A stretch of 64,000 bases of DNA, taken from contig NZ_JANQNS010000003.1 in the NCBI RefSeq assembly GCF_028279465.1, positions 101,386-165,385 on the forward strand. The letters run 5' to 3'. A program made the position numbers and the translations under genes. Numbering within the stretch: position 1 is the first letter of the stretch; every line of letters starts with the position of its first letter. The DNA comes from Parasphingopyxis sp. GTDB taxonomy: Bacteria > Pseudomonadota > Alphaproteobacteria > Sphingomonadales > Sphingomonadaceae. The notes below the pieces were generated by a model. It was not told the DNA's origin and did not search any database. It saw only the letters and a program-made list of their open reading frames with translations. Positions 1 through 10,457 of the stretch are shown here, one piece after another.

Positions 1-1
1 C

Positions 2-1117
2 GATGGCGCTGTCCGGGTCGGCCTCAGCGAAACCGCGTCCGCAGAGGAAGGCGAGGTCATTCATTCATGCGATGGCCGTCCGCTCACCGCGCATTTCGAT
101 GAGAATGTCGCCCCATATTATGTCAATGTAGATATTCCGCAGAAGCGAAACTACTATTTTTCCTATGCGCTGCTCGCGGACAGTGCTGATGCGGAATTCT
201 CGCAATGCTCAATCGGCGAGGGGCAAGCGCGCCGGCAGGTTGACCTGCAGTGGCGCCGGATCGATCGGCGGCAGGCACTCGACAAACGCTGGGCGGCTGT
301 GGGGCTGGCACGCGGCGAACTCGGTCTGCATCGCCATGGTGACATCTGGATGCTGTCGATCCCGACGTTCAACTATTGGTCGTCGGATTCGATCGATCAG
401 TATCGTGCGCTGCTCGATGACGTACGCGTCAATGCCGATGCGATCCGCCAAGCGCGAGCCTTTGTCATCGATGTGCGAGGCAATACGGGCGGCGTCAGTG
501 TCTGGGGTGATCGCATGGCGGCCGCGTTATGGGATAGCGACTTCGTTACCGCTGTGCGCGAACACACCGATGCTAGCGCCTATGCCGATTGGCGCGTTTC
601 CGAGACTGCCTTCAACCACAACCGGACGCTGGCCGAACGTCTTGCAGGCGACGACGCCGAAACGGCCGCTCAAGTTGCGGCGATAGCGGATGGCATCGCC
701 GAGGCGATGCGTGCCGGCGAGGAATATTACCAGCAAGGCGAGGGCGGCGCAGGCCAGCCGCTCCCGCAAGGCGAATCGCCCTTCTCGGGCGATGTCTATT
801 TTCTCACCGACTATGTCTGTGCGAGCGCGTGCCTCGATTTCGCCGACCTGATCCTGCGCCTGCCCGGCGTCACCCATATCGGTCTGTCGACCTCGGGCGA
901 CACCGTCTATATCGACAATACCGCTGTGGTTTTGCCTAGCGGTTTGGCCAGTCTGTCGCTCTCGATGAAAGTTTGGCGCGATCGGTTGCGCGGCAACAAT
1001 GAATTCTACACGCCTGCCCATGTCTGGCCCGGCGGCCGGATGACCGACGACGCCCTTATCGAGTGGGTTCGGGAACTGTCCGCAGACAACCAGCCGGGAT
1101 TTGCAAACGGAGGTTAA
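2..1117 (+). CDS. S41 family peptidase (C-terminal processing protease-like), 5' end outside window
   Basis: Frame stays open back to window start; motif VIDVRGNTGG resembles the S41 xDLRxNxGG motif. Confidence 0.55.
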   Translation, partial: DGAVRVGLSETASAEEGEVIHSCDGRPLTAHFDENVAPYYVNVDIPQKRNYYFSYALLADSADAEFSQCSIGEGQARRQVDLQWRRIDRRQALDKRWAAVGLARGELGLHRHGDIWMLSIPTFNYWSSDSIDQYRALLDDVRVNADAIRQARAFVIDVRGNTGGVSVWGDRMAAALWDSDFVTAVREHTDASAYADWRVSETAFNHNRTLAERLAGDDAETAAQVAAIADGIAEAMRAGEEYYQQGEGGAGQPLPQGESPFSGDVYFLTDYVCASACLDFADLILRLPGVTHIGLSTSGDTVYIDNTAVVLPSGLASLSLSMKVWRDRLRGNNEFYTPAHVWPGGRMTDDALIEWVRELSADNQPGFANGG

Positions 1118-1512
1118 TTTGCCTCGTATCGTTCGAGCCAGGCTTGCATCTGCGCGATTTCGGCGCTCTGGCTTTCGATGATCGTTTCGGCGAGCGCGCG
1201 CGTTTCCGGGTCTGTTCCATGTTCGAGCACGATTTCCGCCATGTCGATCGCGCCCTGATGATGCGGGATCATCATGCGCATGAAGGTTTCGTCCGGATCG
1301 TCCGACGCCGTGCCCATGTCGTGATGCATGCGCTGCATCGATTCATTGAAAGCGGCCGCAGACACGCTTTCCGGATCGCCGCCCTCGGGCATGCTCATAT
1401 GCGCATCCATCTCGGGCATCGGCTCTTCGGTTTCGGGCGCCGTCTCCATGCATCCGGCCAAGAGAATTGCGCTGGCCGGAACCATGAACCGCACAATTTT
1501 CAGCCGGATCAT
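1114..1512 (-). CDS. DUF305 family lipoprotein
   Basis: Lipobox LLAGC; HHQGAIDMA motif typical of DUF305. Confidence 0.55.
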   Translation of the reverse strand: MIRLKIVRFMVPASAILLAGCMETAPETEEPMPEMDAHMSMPEGGDPESVSAAAFNESMQRMHHDMGTASDDPDETFMRMMIPHHQGAIDMAEIVLEHGTDPETRALAETIIESQSAEIAQMQAWLERYEAN

Positions 1513-2012
1513 TTGGGCGCCAGCACCATAAGCATCTGTCGCCCTTCCATCTTCGGATGGGCTTCGGTCTTGGCGGTTTCCTTGGTGTCTTCTTGCACGC
1601 GGCGGAGGAGATCCATGCCGAGTTCGCGGTGGGAAAGCTCGCGGCCGCGGAAGCGCAGCGTCACCTTCACTTTGTCGCCATCGTCGATGAACTGGTGCAC
1701 CTTCTTCATCTTCACGTCATAATCGTGATCGTCGATGTTCGGGCGCATCTTGATCTCTTTGATGTCCTGCGTCTTTTGCGATTTCCGCGCAGCATTGGCC
1801 TTTTTCTGGGCCTCATATTTGTATTTGCCGACATCGAGGAACTTCGCGACGGGCGGATCGGCATTCGGGGAGACTTCGACAAGATCGAGGCCGACATCGG
1901 CGGCTTGCTCGATCGCTTCATTGGTCAGCAATACGCCCAGATTTTCGCCATTTTCGTCGATCACGCGGACCTTTGGCGATTGAATGAACTGATTATAGCG
2001 GGGGCCGTTCAT
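1509..2012 (-). CDS. infC: translation initiation factor IF-3
   Basis: 167 aa; conserved IF-3 sequence (VRVIDENGENLGV..., KVKVTLRFRGRE). Confidence 0.9.
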   Translation of the reverse strand: MNGPRYNQFIQSPKVRVIDENGENLGVLLTNEAIEQAADVGLDLVEVSPNADPPVAKFLDVGKYKYEAQKKANAARKSQKTQDIKEIKMRPNIDDHDYDVKMKKVHQFIDDGDKVKVTLRFRGRELSHRELGMDLLRRVQEDTKETAKTEAHPKMEGRQMLMVLAPK

Positions 2013-2306
2013 CGGCGGCGCCGCAGGGCGGCGGGAAAGTGGCTGGCGTATGTCTATGTCTCCTGCTCGGTCATGTTGCTGAGCCCATAATATATGACGC
2101 GTGCGGCGAGAATCAAAGTGAATTCAGAGACAGCGATCGGTGGCCATGTTTTCGCGCATCGCCAAGGTCCGCTAAACGTCCGGCATGCATGACGCCCGAC
2201 CGGCGTTCGATTTCCGGAAAGCCAACACGCCATCCGAGCGACATCGCGCGGCTTTAACAATTTTTAAGACATATTCCGTAGCGCTTTCTTAACAAGAGAG
2301 GTGTCG

Positions 2307-3659
2307 ATGTCGGACGAGGTTGGCGAAAAAGCTGTTTCCGAAAGGCGCGGTTTGGGCAGATATGTCCATATCGGCGCGTGGTTTGTCCTGGGCGGTCTAC
2401 TCGGCGCGCTGGGATCATTCCCTTTCGGCATGCTCGAACGTGGATTCAATTCCACCGTGTTTATGTTCGCTGAGCTCACGCGAAGCCGCTCCGATATCCT
2501 TGCTCCGATCACACGCCCAGGCGATGGCCTTGTCACATCGTCTCCCGGGGACGTGCAGCCCGGTATCACGCTCATTCAAGGTACGATGCCTGGCGGAACG
2601 CAGATCCGGCTGATCGACATCGCTGGCGAAGAATTGCACCGCTGGAATGCAGATTTTTTCGAAGCCTGGCCGGATGCCGATGATGTCTTTCCGGCAAACA
2701 GGGTGCCCAAATCGCGTTTCAATTACTTCATTCAGGGTATGCATCCGTTGCGCGACGGCTCGATCATCATGAATTTCGGCGATCTCGGGGCAATCCGCCT
2801 TGATGCCTGTTCAAATGTCGTCTGGCGGTCGGATCGCCCGATGCACCATTCCGTGACCCCAACCGGCGATGGCCGCTTCTGGATACCGGGGCACATCTCG
2901 GTTTTCGATACACCAGCCGAGTATCTGCCGCGCGGCTATACCGCCGAAGACATTCAGGAAATGCTGACAGAGGATGGATATAATAATTCCCTCCTCCTAG
3001 TGACGGCCGATGGCGAGGTGGAACGGGAAATATCTGTGCTGGAATCCGTTTTCGATGCCGGTCTGGAGCATGCCCTCTATTCGTCACTGCAAGAAACCGC
3101 GTCCGATCCCACGCATGTAAACGATATCGAGATCGTGACGCCTGAGCTTGCCGCACGCATTGACGGTGTGGAGGAAGGCGACCTGCTCATTTCGATCCGC
3201 GAAATGCATATGCTGGCCATTTTGGACGAGCATGATGGCAGGCTGAAATGGTACCAGCAGGGCCCGTGGGTGCGTCAGCACGACCCGGACATCACGCCTG
3301 CTGGCATGATCGACGTCTTCAACAATCGCTCAAGGCTGATCGGTGCCACTGTGCGGGATAGCCAGATCGTCCGTCTTGATCCCGCCACCGGAGAAACCGT
3401 GACGCTGCACCCTGTGGCCGAAGATGATCGCTTCTACACGCGGATAATGGGCGAGCATCAATTACTTGGTAACGGAAATCGTTTAATTATTGAATCGCTT
3501 GCCGGACGGGTGTTCGAAACCACCCCCGAAGGCGAGGTCGTGTGGGATTATCGCCTGCAATATGACGATGAATACGCGTCGCTATTTTCATATGCGATGC
3601 GCCTGCCGGAAAACTATTTTGAAGAGGAGGATTGGACATGTCCGCCCCAAGCCGAATGA
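2307..3659 (+). CDS. arylsulfotransferase (ASST)-like beta-propeller protein with N-terminal membrane anchor
   Basis: N-terminal TM helix; HH / HD / LLGNGNRLI motifs reminiscent of the ASST family; region has lower GC than surroundings; ATG at 2307 sits 7 nt after GAGAGG. Confidence 0.45.
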   Translation: MSDEVGEKAVSERRGLGRYVHIGAWFVLGGLLGALGSFPFGMLERGFNSTVFMFAELTRSRSDILAPITRPGDGLVTSSPGDVQPGITLIQGTMPGGTQIRLIDIAGEELHRWNADFFEAWPDADDVFPANRVPKSRFNYFIQGMHPLRDGSIIMNFGDLGAIRLDACSNVVWRSDRPMHHSVTPTGDGRFWIPGHISVFDTPAEYLPRGYTAEDIQEMLTEDGYNNSLLLVTADGEVEREISVLESVFDAGLEHALYSSLQETASDPTHVNDIEIVTPELAARIDGVEEGDLLISIREMHMLAILDEHDGRLKWYQQGPWVRQHDPDITPAGMIDVFNNRSRLIGATVRDSQIVRLDPATGETVTLHPVAEDDRFYTRIMGEHQLLGNGNRLIIESLAGRVFETTPEGEVVWDYRLQYDDEYASLFSYAMRLPENYFEEEDWTCPPQAE

Positions 3660-3892
3660 AGAAAGCCATACTGTTGGCGGCTGCGCCGGTGTTACTGCTC
3701 AATGCCAGCCCAGCTTTCGCCTATCTTGGGCCGGGATTGGGCCTGAGCGCAATCGGATCGGCGCTGAGCTTTATCGGCGTCATCCTGCTGATGATCGTCG
3801 GTTTCGTCTGGTATCCGTTGAAGCGGCTCATTGCGAAAATGCGCGGAAAGGGCACGCCGGCTGAACCGGCGGAGGACCGGAACAACCAATGA
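3638..3892 (+). CDS. small membrane protein (signal/TM)
   Basis: GAGGAGG RBS 8 nt upstream; two hydrophobic segments; overlaps upstream gene stop. Confidence 0.5.
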   Translation: MSAPSRMKKAILLAAAPVLLLNASPAFAYLGPGLGLSAIGSALSFIGVILLMIVGFVWYPLKRLIAKMRGKGTPAEPAEDRNNQ

Positions 3893-4269
3893 TCTTGGCC
3901 TATGCCGCCAGCTGTCTGCTCTTCGCGCTGGCATTTCATAATCTTCGCATAATCGACAAGACGCGTGAACTGCTCGCCAGTCTCAACGCATCTTTCCGCG
4001 TCATCTCCGATCGCACGATGAGCGATCTCGAAAAGGAAGTCGCGATACGGCGCGGCGCCTTGCGATCCGGGGGCGATGCGGTGAAGCTCGCCTTCTTTTT
4101 CCTGGTGACGGCTGCTGCGGGCGCACTACCGGTGGCTGCCGGGCTCTATGCGAATCTGTACACGTTCGAGGCCTTTTTATGGTTTTCGCTCGAACCGCTG
4201 GTCCTGATCGGGACATGCGTGATTTTCGGCGGATATGCCTGGGCCATCGCGCGGTTGAGGACCAGCTGA
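3889..4269 (+). CDS. hypothetical membrane protein (3-4 TM)
   Basis: Start overlaps upstream stop (ATGA); hydrophobic helices. Confidence 0.5.
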   Translation: MILAYAASCLLFALAFHNLRIIDKTRELLASLNASFRVISDRTMSDLEKEVAIRRGALRSGGDAVKLAFFFLVTAAAGALPVAAGLYANLYTFEAFLWFSLEPLVLIGTCVIFGGYAWAIARLRTS

Positions 4270-4273
4270 GCCG

Positions 4274-5341
4274 ATGGCGCTGGAAGATTATGGCTGGCTG
4301 GACCGGTCCATTCACCGGATCGCTTTCGGCACGAAGGTGCCCCAGGATTTTCTGCTCGACATGGAAGAGCGCCGCTACGGCGACCATATCGCGCGGCAAG
4401 AGATCGTTTCGCCGATATTCGTCACCGGGCTCGCCCGGGCGGGAACGACGCTGGTGCTCGAAACGCTCGCGCGGCACCCGCAACTCGCCACCCATCGCTA
4501 TCGGGATATGCCTTTCGTAATATCGCCGATTATCTGGCGCGACCTGTCCGGCCGGTTCCAGGTCGCGCAGGAAAAGAAGGAGCGCGCGCACAAGGACGGG
4601 CTGGAGGTGAACACCGATAGCGCCGAAGCCTTTGAAGAGGTGTTGTGGATGCGCGCCTTTCCCGATCACTTTGGCAAGGATGGCATCAAGCTTTGGGACA
4701 CGCTTCCGAGCGCGTTTGTCAAAGATTTCCGTCGTCATATGCAGCGCGTGATTGTCGCGCGGGACGCCAAGGGCAGTGCGCAGCCGCGCTATCTTTCCAA
4801 AAATAACGGCAACATTTCCCGGCTGCCGGCGCTCAAAAACGCCTTTCCCGATGCCAGGGTCGTTGTGCCGCTACGGCATCCGCTCGATCATGCGCGCTCG
4901 CTTTTGAAACAGCACCAGCTCGCATCGCAATCGCATGCGGAAAGCGGCTTTGCGCGCAGTTACGTTTCCGATATCGGGCATTTCGAATTTGGCGATGTTC
5001 ATCGCCCTTTTTTGTTCGAAGGCATGTCCGAGATCGTTCGGGATTATAGCCCCGATGACTATGCCTATTGGCTTCATTACTGGATCGCAGCCCACCGGCA
5101 TCTGGCGGGGCAAAGCGATATCGAGATCGTCGATATGGAGCGGTTTACGAACGAACGGCATATCGCAGACCTGCTCGCGCGCCTCGAACTCGATCCCTGC
5201 GCCGATGTTGTCCGGAGCGCGCAGGAGCAGATCAGACCGATAAAGCGCTATGACGGATCGCCTGATGCGGACGCTGAAACGGTAGAGGCGGCGATGGCGA
5301 TCTATGAACAGATGCGCAACCGCAAAGACTGCCTGCTTTAG
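4274..5341 (+). CDS. PAPS-dependent sulfotransferase family protein
   Basis: 5'-PSB-like TGLARAGTT and 3'-PB-like RHPLD motifs; 355 aa. Confidence 0.65.
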   Translation: MALEDYGWLDRSIHRIAFGTKVPQDFLLDMEERRYGDHIARQEIVSPIFVTGLARAGTTLVLETLARHPQLATHRYRDMPFVISPIIWRDLSGRFQVAQEKKERAHKDGLEVNTDSAEAFEEVLWMRAFPDHFGKDGIKLWDTLPSAFVKDFRRHMQRVIVARDAKGSAQPRYLSKNNGNISRLPALKNAFPDARVVVPLRHPLDHARSLLKQHQLASQSHAESGFARSYVSDIGHFEFGDVHRPFLFEGMSEIVRDYSPDDYAYWLHYWIAAHRHLAGQSDIEIVDMERFTNERHIADLLARLELDPCADVVRSAQEQIRPIKRYDGSPDADAETVEAAMAIYEQMRNRKDCLL

Positions 5342-5423
5342 GACGGCGATCGGCCATAGGGTCGCTAACCCGTCCTTAACCGTAAATCTCTAGTTTCTTC
5401 GGCGAAACTTCGTTCGAGGCCCC

Positions 5424-6962
5424 ATGTTCGCATCACTCTCAATGGGGCCATTTGGCCCACCGAATACGGCTTCGCGGCAGCTGTCGCAAATAGGCCTGTT
5501 CGTGCCCGCGATCGCCCTTTTCGTGGTCGTCAACCTGCTCAATCCCAGCGGCTATCGTGGTGCCGGCGGCGATGACTGGTATTATCTGGAGGCGGCGCGA
5601 TGCTTGGCAGAGGGTGGGGCGTGCCTGCCGACGACGCATTGGGAAACCCGCTGGCCGGTCACGGCCCCGCTAGGCTGGAGCCTCGCGCTTTTCGGCGAAA
5701 GCCGCCTTTCGGTATCGCTGGTGCCGCTTCTCTACTCACTAACGGCGCTCGGGCTGTTCGCCGTGCTGATGGTGCGGCAGTTTGGTCGTGCCGCTGCGGG
5801 CATCGGCCTGTTCTGCCTCATCGCGACCCCTGCGCTCGCGCAGAGTTTTTTGCGCCCCAATCCGGGCCTGCCTGAGTTATGTTTCGCCCTCGCCTCGCTC
5901 CTGGCTATCCAGGGCGCGGCACGCGCGGGGAACGATCGGTGGATGATGGTGTTGCTGTCATTGGCCGGTGCGTCGCTCGCCATCGCGATTGCCTGCCGCG
6001 CGACATCCATCGTGCTGCTGCCGCCTGCCGCTTTGCTCGTAATCATCGTCGCCGGGTTTTCGACACGCGCGATGATGGCGTTTGTGGGCGGCATATTGGC
6101 GCCGCTATTGCTACAATCCTGCTTCTACCTGTTGGCGACCGGCGATCCGCTTTTCAATTGGCGCCTCGCGCTCGGCCATACCCGCATTGCGTCCACCGAA
6201 TTATTGCCGGGTACGGATACAAGCCGATCGCCGCTCTTCAATCCAGACTTTATTGACGGATGGCGTCCGGCCAGTGGCATTGAGGTGCACTGGACCCTCG
6301 ATCCGTTGCTGAACCTTCTCGCCCATCCCCATGTTGCGCTTGCTCTTGTCCTGCCGGTGATTTTCGCGCTGATCTGGAAAGCGCAGGCCGGCCGGTTCCA
6401 TCCTCTTACGCCGGTGGTGGCCGGCCTGTTCCTGTTCGGCGCCTATTATTTCGCCGCTCTCGCCTATGGGCTGGCCGTTGATCCAAAACCCCGCATGTTC
6501 TTCCCCGTGGCCGCCGCGGGCGCCGCGATCATGGGCGCGGTGGGCAGTGCCTCGTGGCGCAGCAGGGGTAAGCTACCATTGCTTGGCGCCATGGCGCTTT
6601 TCGGGGCGAATGCGCTGTTGATATCCGCACAGTATCTCGACATCCGGCCGCTGGAACGCGAGGCGCGTCACTGGGCGGCGCAGGGCCGGAACAGCCTGGC
6701 AACCGACGAAATGACATGGCGCATCCTGACACTGGAGCCCGCCGTTCATGCGCTCACACATACCGATGCCGATCGTGCGGCGCGGCTAATTGCCGTGTTC
6801 GAAGGGCAGTGTGATGCGCAGTCCGGCCGCCTGCCTAACGGGCGCTGGCATGTGACGCGTGAAACCGTGCACCGTTCCAGCCCTGCCATGCAGCTGGGCG
6901 ATCTCGTGCCGGCTGGACGGCGCCCGCTGGTGCTGTGCCTTTTTGAGAGGGTTTCGACCTAG
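5424..6962 (+). CDS. GT-C fold glycosyltransferase (GT39/GT83, ArnT/PMT-like) membrane protein
   Basis: Multi-TM; N-terminal periplasmic-loop motif [10 protein letters not shown] resembles the DE-x-YY-E-A motif of the ArnT/PMT family. Confidence 0.5.
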   Translation: MFASLSMGPFGPPNTASRQLSQIGLFVPAIALFVVVNLLNPSGYRGAGGDDWYYLEAARCLAEGGACLPTTHWETRWPVTAPLGWSLALFGESRLSVSLVPLLYSLTALGLFAVLMVRQFGRAAAGIGLFCLIATPALAQSFLRPNPGLPELCFALASLLAIQGAARAGNDRWMMVLLSLAGASLAIAIACRATSIVLLPPAALLVIIVAGFSTRAMMAFVGGILAPLLLQSCFYLLATGDPLFNWRLALGHTRIASTELLPGTDTSRSPLFNPDFIDGWRPASGIEVHWTLDPLLNLLAHPHVALALVLPVIFALIWKAQAGRFHPLTPVVAGLFLFGAYYFAALAYGLAVDPKPRMFFPVAAAGAAIMGAVGSASWRSRGKLPLLGAMALFGANALLISAQYLDIRPLEREARHWAAQGRNSLATDEMTWRILTLEPAVHALTHTDADRAARLIAVFEGQCDAQSGRLPNGRWHVTRETVHRSSPAMQLGDLVPAGRRPLVLCLFERVST

Positions 6963-8899
6963 CGCAAGTCTGGCGGTGTTGCCTCTCCGCCAATCATCTC
7001 CACCGCCTCATCGAGCGGCATCACCTTCTGGTGCTTGTCGGAGCCCAGCTGACGTAGCGCGATTGTACCCTCTTCCGCCTCGCGCTTGCCGACAACGAGG
7101 AGATTTGGCACTTTGGCATGGCTGTGTTCGCGCACCTTATAGTTGATCTTCTCGTTCCGAAGATCGGATTCGACGCGGATACCCGCGGCCTTGAGCGTGG
7201 CAACAACCTCTTGCGCATAGTCATCGGCGTCCGAGACGATAGTGGCAACCACCGCCTGCACTGGTGCCAGCCACAGAGGCAATTTTCCGGCATAGTGCTC
7301 GATCAGAATGCCGATAAACCGTTCCAGCGAACCGAAGAGCGCGCGGTGCAGCATGACCGGGCGATGGCGCTCGCCATCCTCGCCGATATAGCCGATGTCG
7401 AAGGCTTCGGGCAGGTTCATATCGACCTGCAGCGTGCCGCACTGCCAATCGCGGCCAATCGCATCGCGCAACACGAACTCCAGCTTTGGTCCGTAAAACG
7501 CGCCTTCGCCCTCATTGATTGAATATTCGAGGTCCATAGCGTCGAGTGTATCGATCAGCGAGCCTTCAAGCACGTCCCAGACTGCGTCTGAACCCATGCG
7601 GTTTTCCGGTCGCGTCGAAAGCTTGAGCCGCACATCCTCAAAACCAAACTCGCGATAGATATCGAGTACGAGCGCAACCACGTCTCGGTTCTCATCATTG
7701 AGCTGCTCGGGTGTGCAAAAGATATGCGCATCATCTTGCGTAAAATGCCGTACCCGCATGAGACCATGCAGCGCTCCTGACGGTTCATAGCGGTGCACCT
7801 TGCCGAATTCGGCCATGCGCAGCGGCAGATCGCGATAGCTTTTCAGGCCATGGGCGAATAGCGACACGCCGCCGGGGCAGTTCATCGGTTTCAAGGCAAA
7901 GACGCGGTCATCTTCGGTTTGCGTCGTGAACATATGCTCATGATAGTTGAACCAATGGCCCGAGGTTTCCCACAAGCTACGGTCCATCACGTCGGGCGTG
8001 TTCACCTCGACATAACCGGCGCGCTCCTGCCGGCGGCGCATATAGGCGATCAAACCCCGGAACAGGTGCCAGCCATTGGGGTGCCAGAAGACCGCGCCGG
8101 GCGCGAATTCCTCGAAATGGAACAGGTCGAGCTCGCGGCCCAGTTTGCGATGGTCGCGCTTGGCGGCTTCCTCGAGCCGGTGGAGATGCGCCTTGAGCTG
8201 TTTCTTGTTGAGCCAGGCGGTGCCATAGACACGGCTCAGCATCGCGTTCTTCTGATCGCCGCGCCAATAGGCCCCGGCCACGCGCATGAGCTTGAAGGCC
8301 TGCGGGTCGAGCTTGCCGGTACTGGCCAGATGCGGCCCGCGACACATGTCCATCCAGTCATCACCCGACCAATAGACGGTGATCTCCTCGCCCTCGGGCA
8401 ATTCCTTGGCCCATTCGGCCTTGAAGCTTTCGCCGTCCTTTTCCCAGCGCTCGATCAGCGCGTCGTGCTCCCAGACTTCGCGGCGCAACGGTTTGTCGGC
8501 CTTGATGATCCGCCGCATCTCTTCCTCGATTGCGGGCAGGTCTTCCTCAGTCAGCGGCTCTTTCGGCGCGAAATCGTAATAGAAGCCATCCTCGGTCGCG
8601 GGGCCGAAGGTAATCTGCGTGCCGGGAAAGAGGTTTTGCACGGCCTCGGCCAGCACATGGGCGAAGTCATGCCGGACGAGTTCGAGCGCATCGGCCTCGT
8701 CGCGCGAGGTAATCAGTTCCAGCGCGGCATCGCCATCGAAGGGCCGGCCGATATCGCGCACTTCTCCATCGACGCGCGCGGCCAGCGCGGCCTTGGCGAG
8801 CCCGGGGCCGATCGCGGCGGCAACATCGGCCGGCGTGGCCCCGGCTTCCATCTCGCGCACCGATCCATCGGGCAGGCTGATCTTGAACATCTCGCTCAT
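6959..8899 (-). CDS. thrS: threonine--tRNA ligase
   Basis: TGS domain start [10 protein letters not shown]; class II aaRS core; ORF-track upstream extension is probably not translated. Confidence 0.92.
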   Translation of the reverse strand: MSEMFKISLPDGSVREMEAGATPADVAAAIGPGLAKAALAARVDGEVRDIGRPFDGDAALELITSRDEADALELVRHDFAHVLAEAVQNLFPGTQITFGPATEDGFYYDFAPKEPLTEEDLPAIEEEMRRIIKADKPLRREVWEHDALIERWEKDGESFKAEWAKELPEGEEITVYWSGDDWMDMCRGPHLASTGKLDPQAFKLMRVAGAYWRGDQKNAMLSRVYGTAWLNKKQLKAHLHRLEEAAKRDHRKLGRELDLFHFEEFAPGAVFWHPNGWHLFRGLIAYMRRRQERAGYVEVNTPDVMDRSLWETSGHWFNYHEHMFTTQTEDDRVFALKPMNCPGGVSLFAHGLKSYRDLPLRMAEFGKVHRYEPSGALHGLMRVRHFTQDDAHIFCTPEQLNDENRDVVALVLDIYREFGFEDVRLKLSTRPENRMGSDAVWDVLEGSLIDTLDAMDLEYSINEGEGAFYGPKLEFVLRDAIGRDWQCGTLQVDMNLPEAFDIGYIGEDGERHRPVMLHRALFGSLERFIGILIEHYAGKLPLWLAPVQAVVATIVSDADDYAQEVVATLKAAGIRVESDLRNEKINYKVREHSHAKVPNLLVVGKREAEEGTIALRQLGSDKHQKVMPLDEAVEMIGGEATPPDLR

Positions 8900-9268
8900 G
8901 ACATTTTCTCGTCCTGTTTGCGCGCCGCCATGGCACAGCATGGCCCGCGCTTGAAGAGCGGTGTGAAGCTTGGTTGCCGATTTTCGGGAGGACACCGCAC
9001 CACCCGAAACCGGGTGGCGAATGCTGCGACCTAGGCCGCGACCATCCGTCCCCGGGGATCCGAGGTCGTAGTGGTCGTGCGCGTGGTCAGCAAAATGGCC
9101 ATGCGCGTCATATAGCGATGCTATGTTGCGATGTCACTAACGGCCAAGATTAGGCCGTTGGCGGTGGCTTGTCGGTCATCTACCGATGGGGCACCATGGT
9201 GGGATGACCGACAGCCATCATCGCGCGCGTTTTAGCGAGAGAAGGCCCTGGAAGGAGGATTGGTAGAC

Positions 9269-9877
9269 ATGAGCACCACCGTCGATTTCATTTTCGATTT
9301 CGCGAGCCCCAACGCCTATCTCGTCCATCGCGTGCTGCCGGGCATTGCGGAGCGGACGGGTGCGACGTTCAACTATATCCCCTGTCTCTTGGGCGGAATT
9401 TTCAAGGCGACGGGGAACAAGGCGCCGATGGTCGCCTATGCGCCGATCCCCAACAAGCTCGCCTACGAGCAGCTCGAATTCGGACGCTTCATTGCCAAAC
9501 ACCAACTGTCCGACTTCACCTTCAATCCGCACTTCCCCGTCAACACGGTGCTGCTCCAGCGCGGGGCTCTCGTCGCCGAGCGCGACGGGCGGCTGATGGA
9601 CTATGTCGAGGCCGGCCTCCACCATATGTGGGAAGCGCCGAAGAAGATGGACGATCCGGAAGCCTATGCGGCGGCGATGGACGAATCCGGTTTCGATGGC
9701 ACGGCGCTCGTCGAAGGCGCGCAGGATGCCGGAATCAAGCAGAAGTTGATCGACAATACGAGCACGGCGGTTGAGCGCGGCGCTTTCGGCATCCCGACCT
9801 TCTATGTCGGCGACGACATGTTCTTCGGCAAGGAACGGCTCGGCCAGCTCGAAGAGGCGATAGTAGCCGCTAGCTGA
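9269..9877 (+). CDS. 2-hydroxychromene-2-carboxylate isomerase / DsbA-like thioredoxin family protein
   Basis: FDFASPNAYL N-terminus typical of the HCCA isomerase family; GGAGG RBS. Confidence 0.7.
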   Translation: MSTTVDFIFDFASPNAYLVHRVLPGIAERTGATFNYIPCLLGGIFKATGNKAPMVAYAPIPNKLAYEQLEFGRFIAKHQLSDFTFNPHFPVNTVLLQRGALVAERDGRLMDYVEAGLHHMWEAPKKMDDPEAYAAAMDESGFDGTALVEGAQDAGIKQKLIDNTSTAVERGAFGIPTFYVGDDMFFGKERLGQLEEAIVAAS

Positions 9878-9888
9878 GCGGCGCGGTC

Positions 9889-10347
9889 TTAGCTCAGCGG
9901 CGCGCTGGCGAAGAGGACGCCGAAGGCGCGGCACCAGATCACGACGGAACGGTGATTGCCGTCGAGCGCGCCGGCCGGGATCACATAGCTCTGATTGCCG
10001 CGACTGCGCTGCAAACGGCCGAGATCGACATGGTTGGCGCGGCGCGCATGGCGTTCGCTGCGGACGCTGGCGGCATCGGTCACCCAGACGCGCAGGTCCG
10101 GACCGCCGGTCACCGAAAAATCTTCGAGTTGCACGACGAGATCGCCATTCGCCCGGCGGACGAGACGCGCGGTTCCGCTGGACCGGTGCGATCGGCCGAC
10201 ACCGCGGAACTGGCCGGACGCGACGGTCTCGGCGCCGCTCTGCGCGATTGCGGCAGATGGAGACGCGCCGGTGGAGAGCGGAACCGCAAGGGCCGCCAAT
10301 GCGATGGCTGAGGCGGCACCATAAGAGAATGTGCGAAACAGGGGCAT
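9889..10347 (-). CDS. DM13 domain-containing protein (secreted)
   Basis: Signal peptide; DM13-like pattern GQFRGVGRSH...GPDLRVWV. Confidence 0.55.
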   Translation of the reverse strand: MPLFRTFSYGAASAIALAALAVPLSTGASPSAAIAQSGAETVASGQFRGVGRSHRSSGTARLVRRANGDLVVQLEDFSVTGGPDLRVWVTDAASVRSERHARRANHVDLGRLQRSRGNQSYVIPAGALDGNHRSVVIWCRAFGVLFASAPLS

Positions 10348-10457
10348 GGTCGGTCCTTTGTTAGCGCCGCCAAAATTGCGGACTGACCGGGCTTCGCATC
10401 GGGGCTGTTGGAGGTTACAGCCATGCGCGAATCGCCTGCACCGGGAGAGGCTGCCGA

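Noticed and set aside
527-1021. 164-aa ORF antisense to the S41 peptidase gene
   Set aside because: It lies entirely within a well-supported gene on the opposite strand. It has Arg/Ala-rich composition typical of antisense frames in high-GC DNA.
7919-9034. 371-aa ORF on + strand opposite thrS
   Set aside because: Antisense to a highly conserved thrS. Low-complexity, no motifs; a GC-frame artefact.
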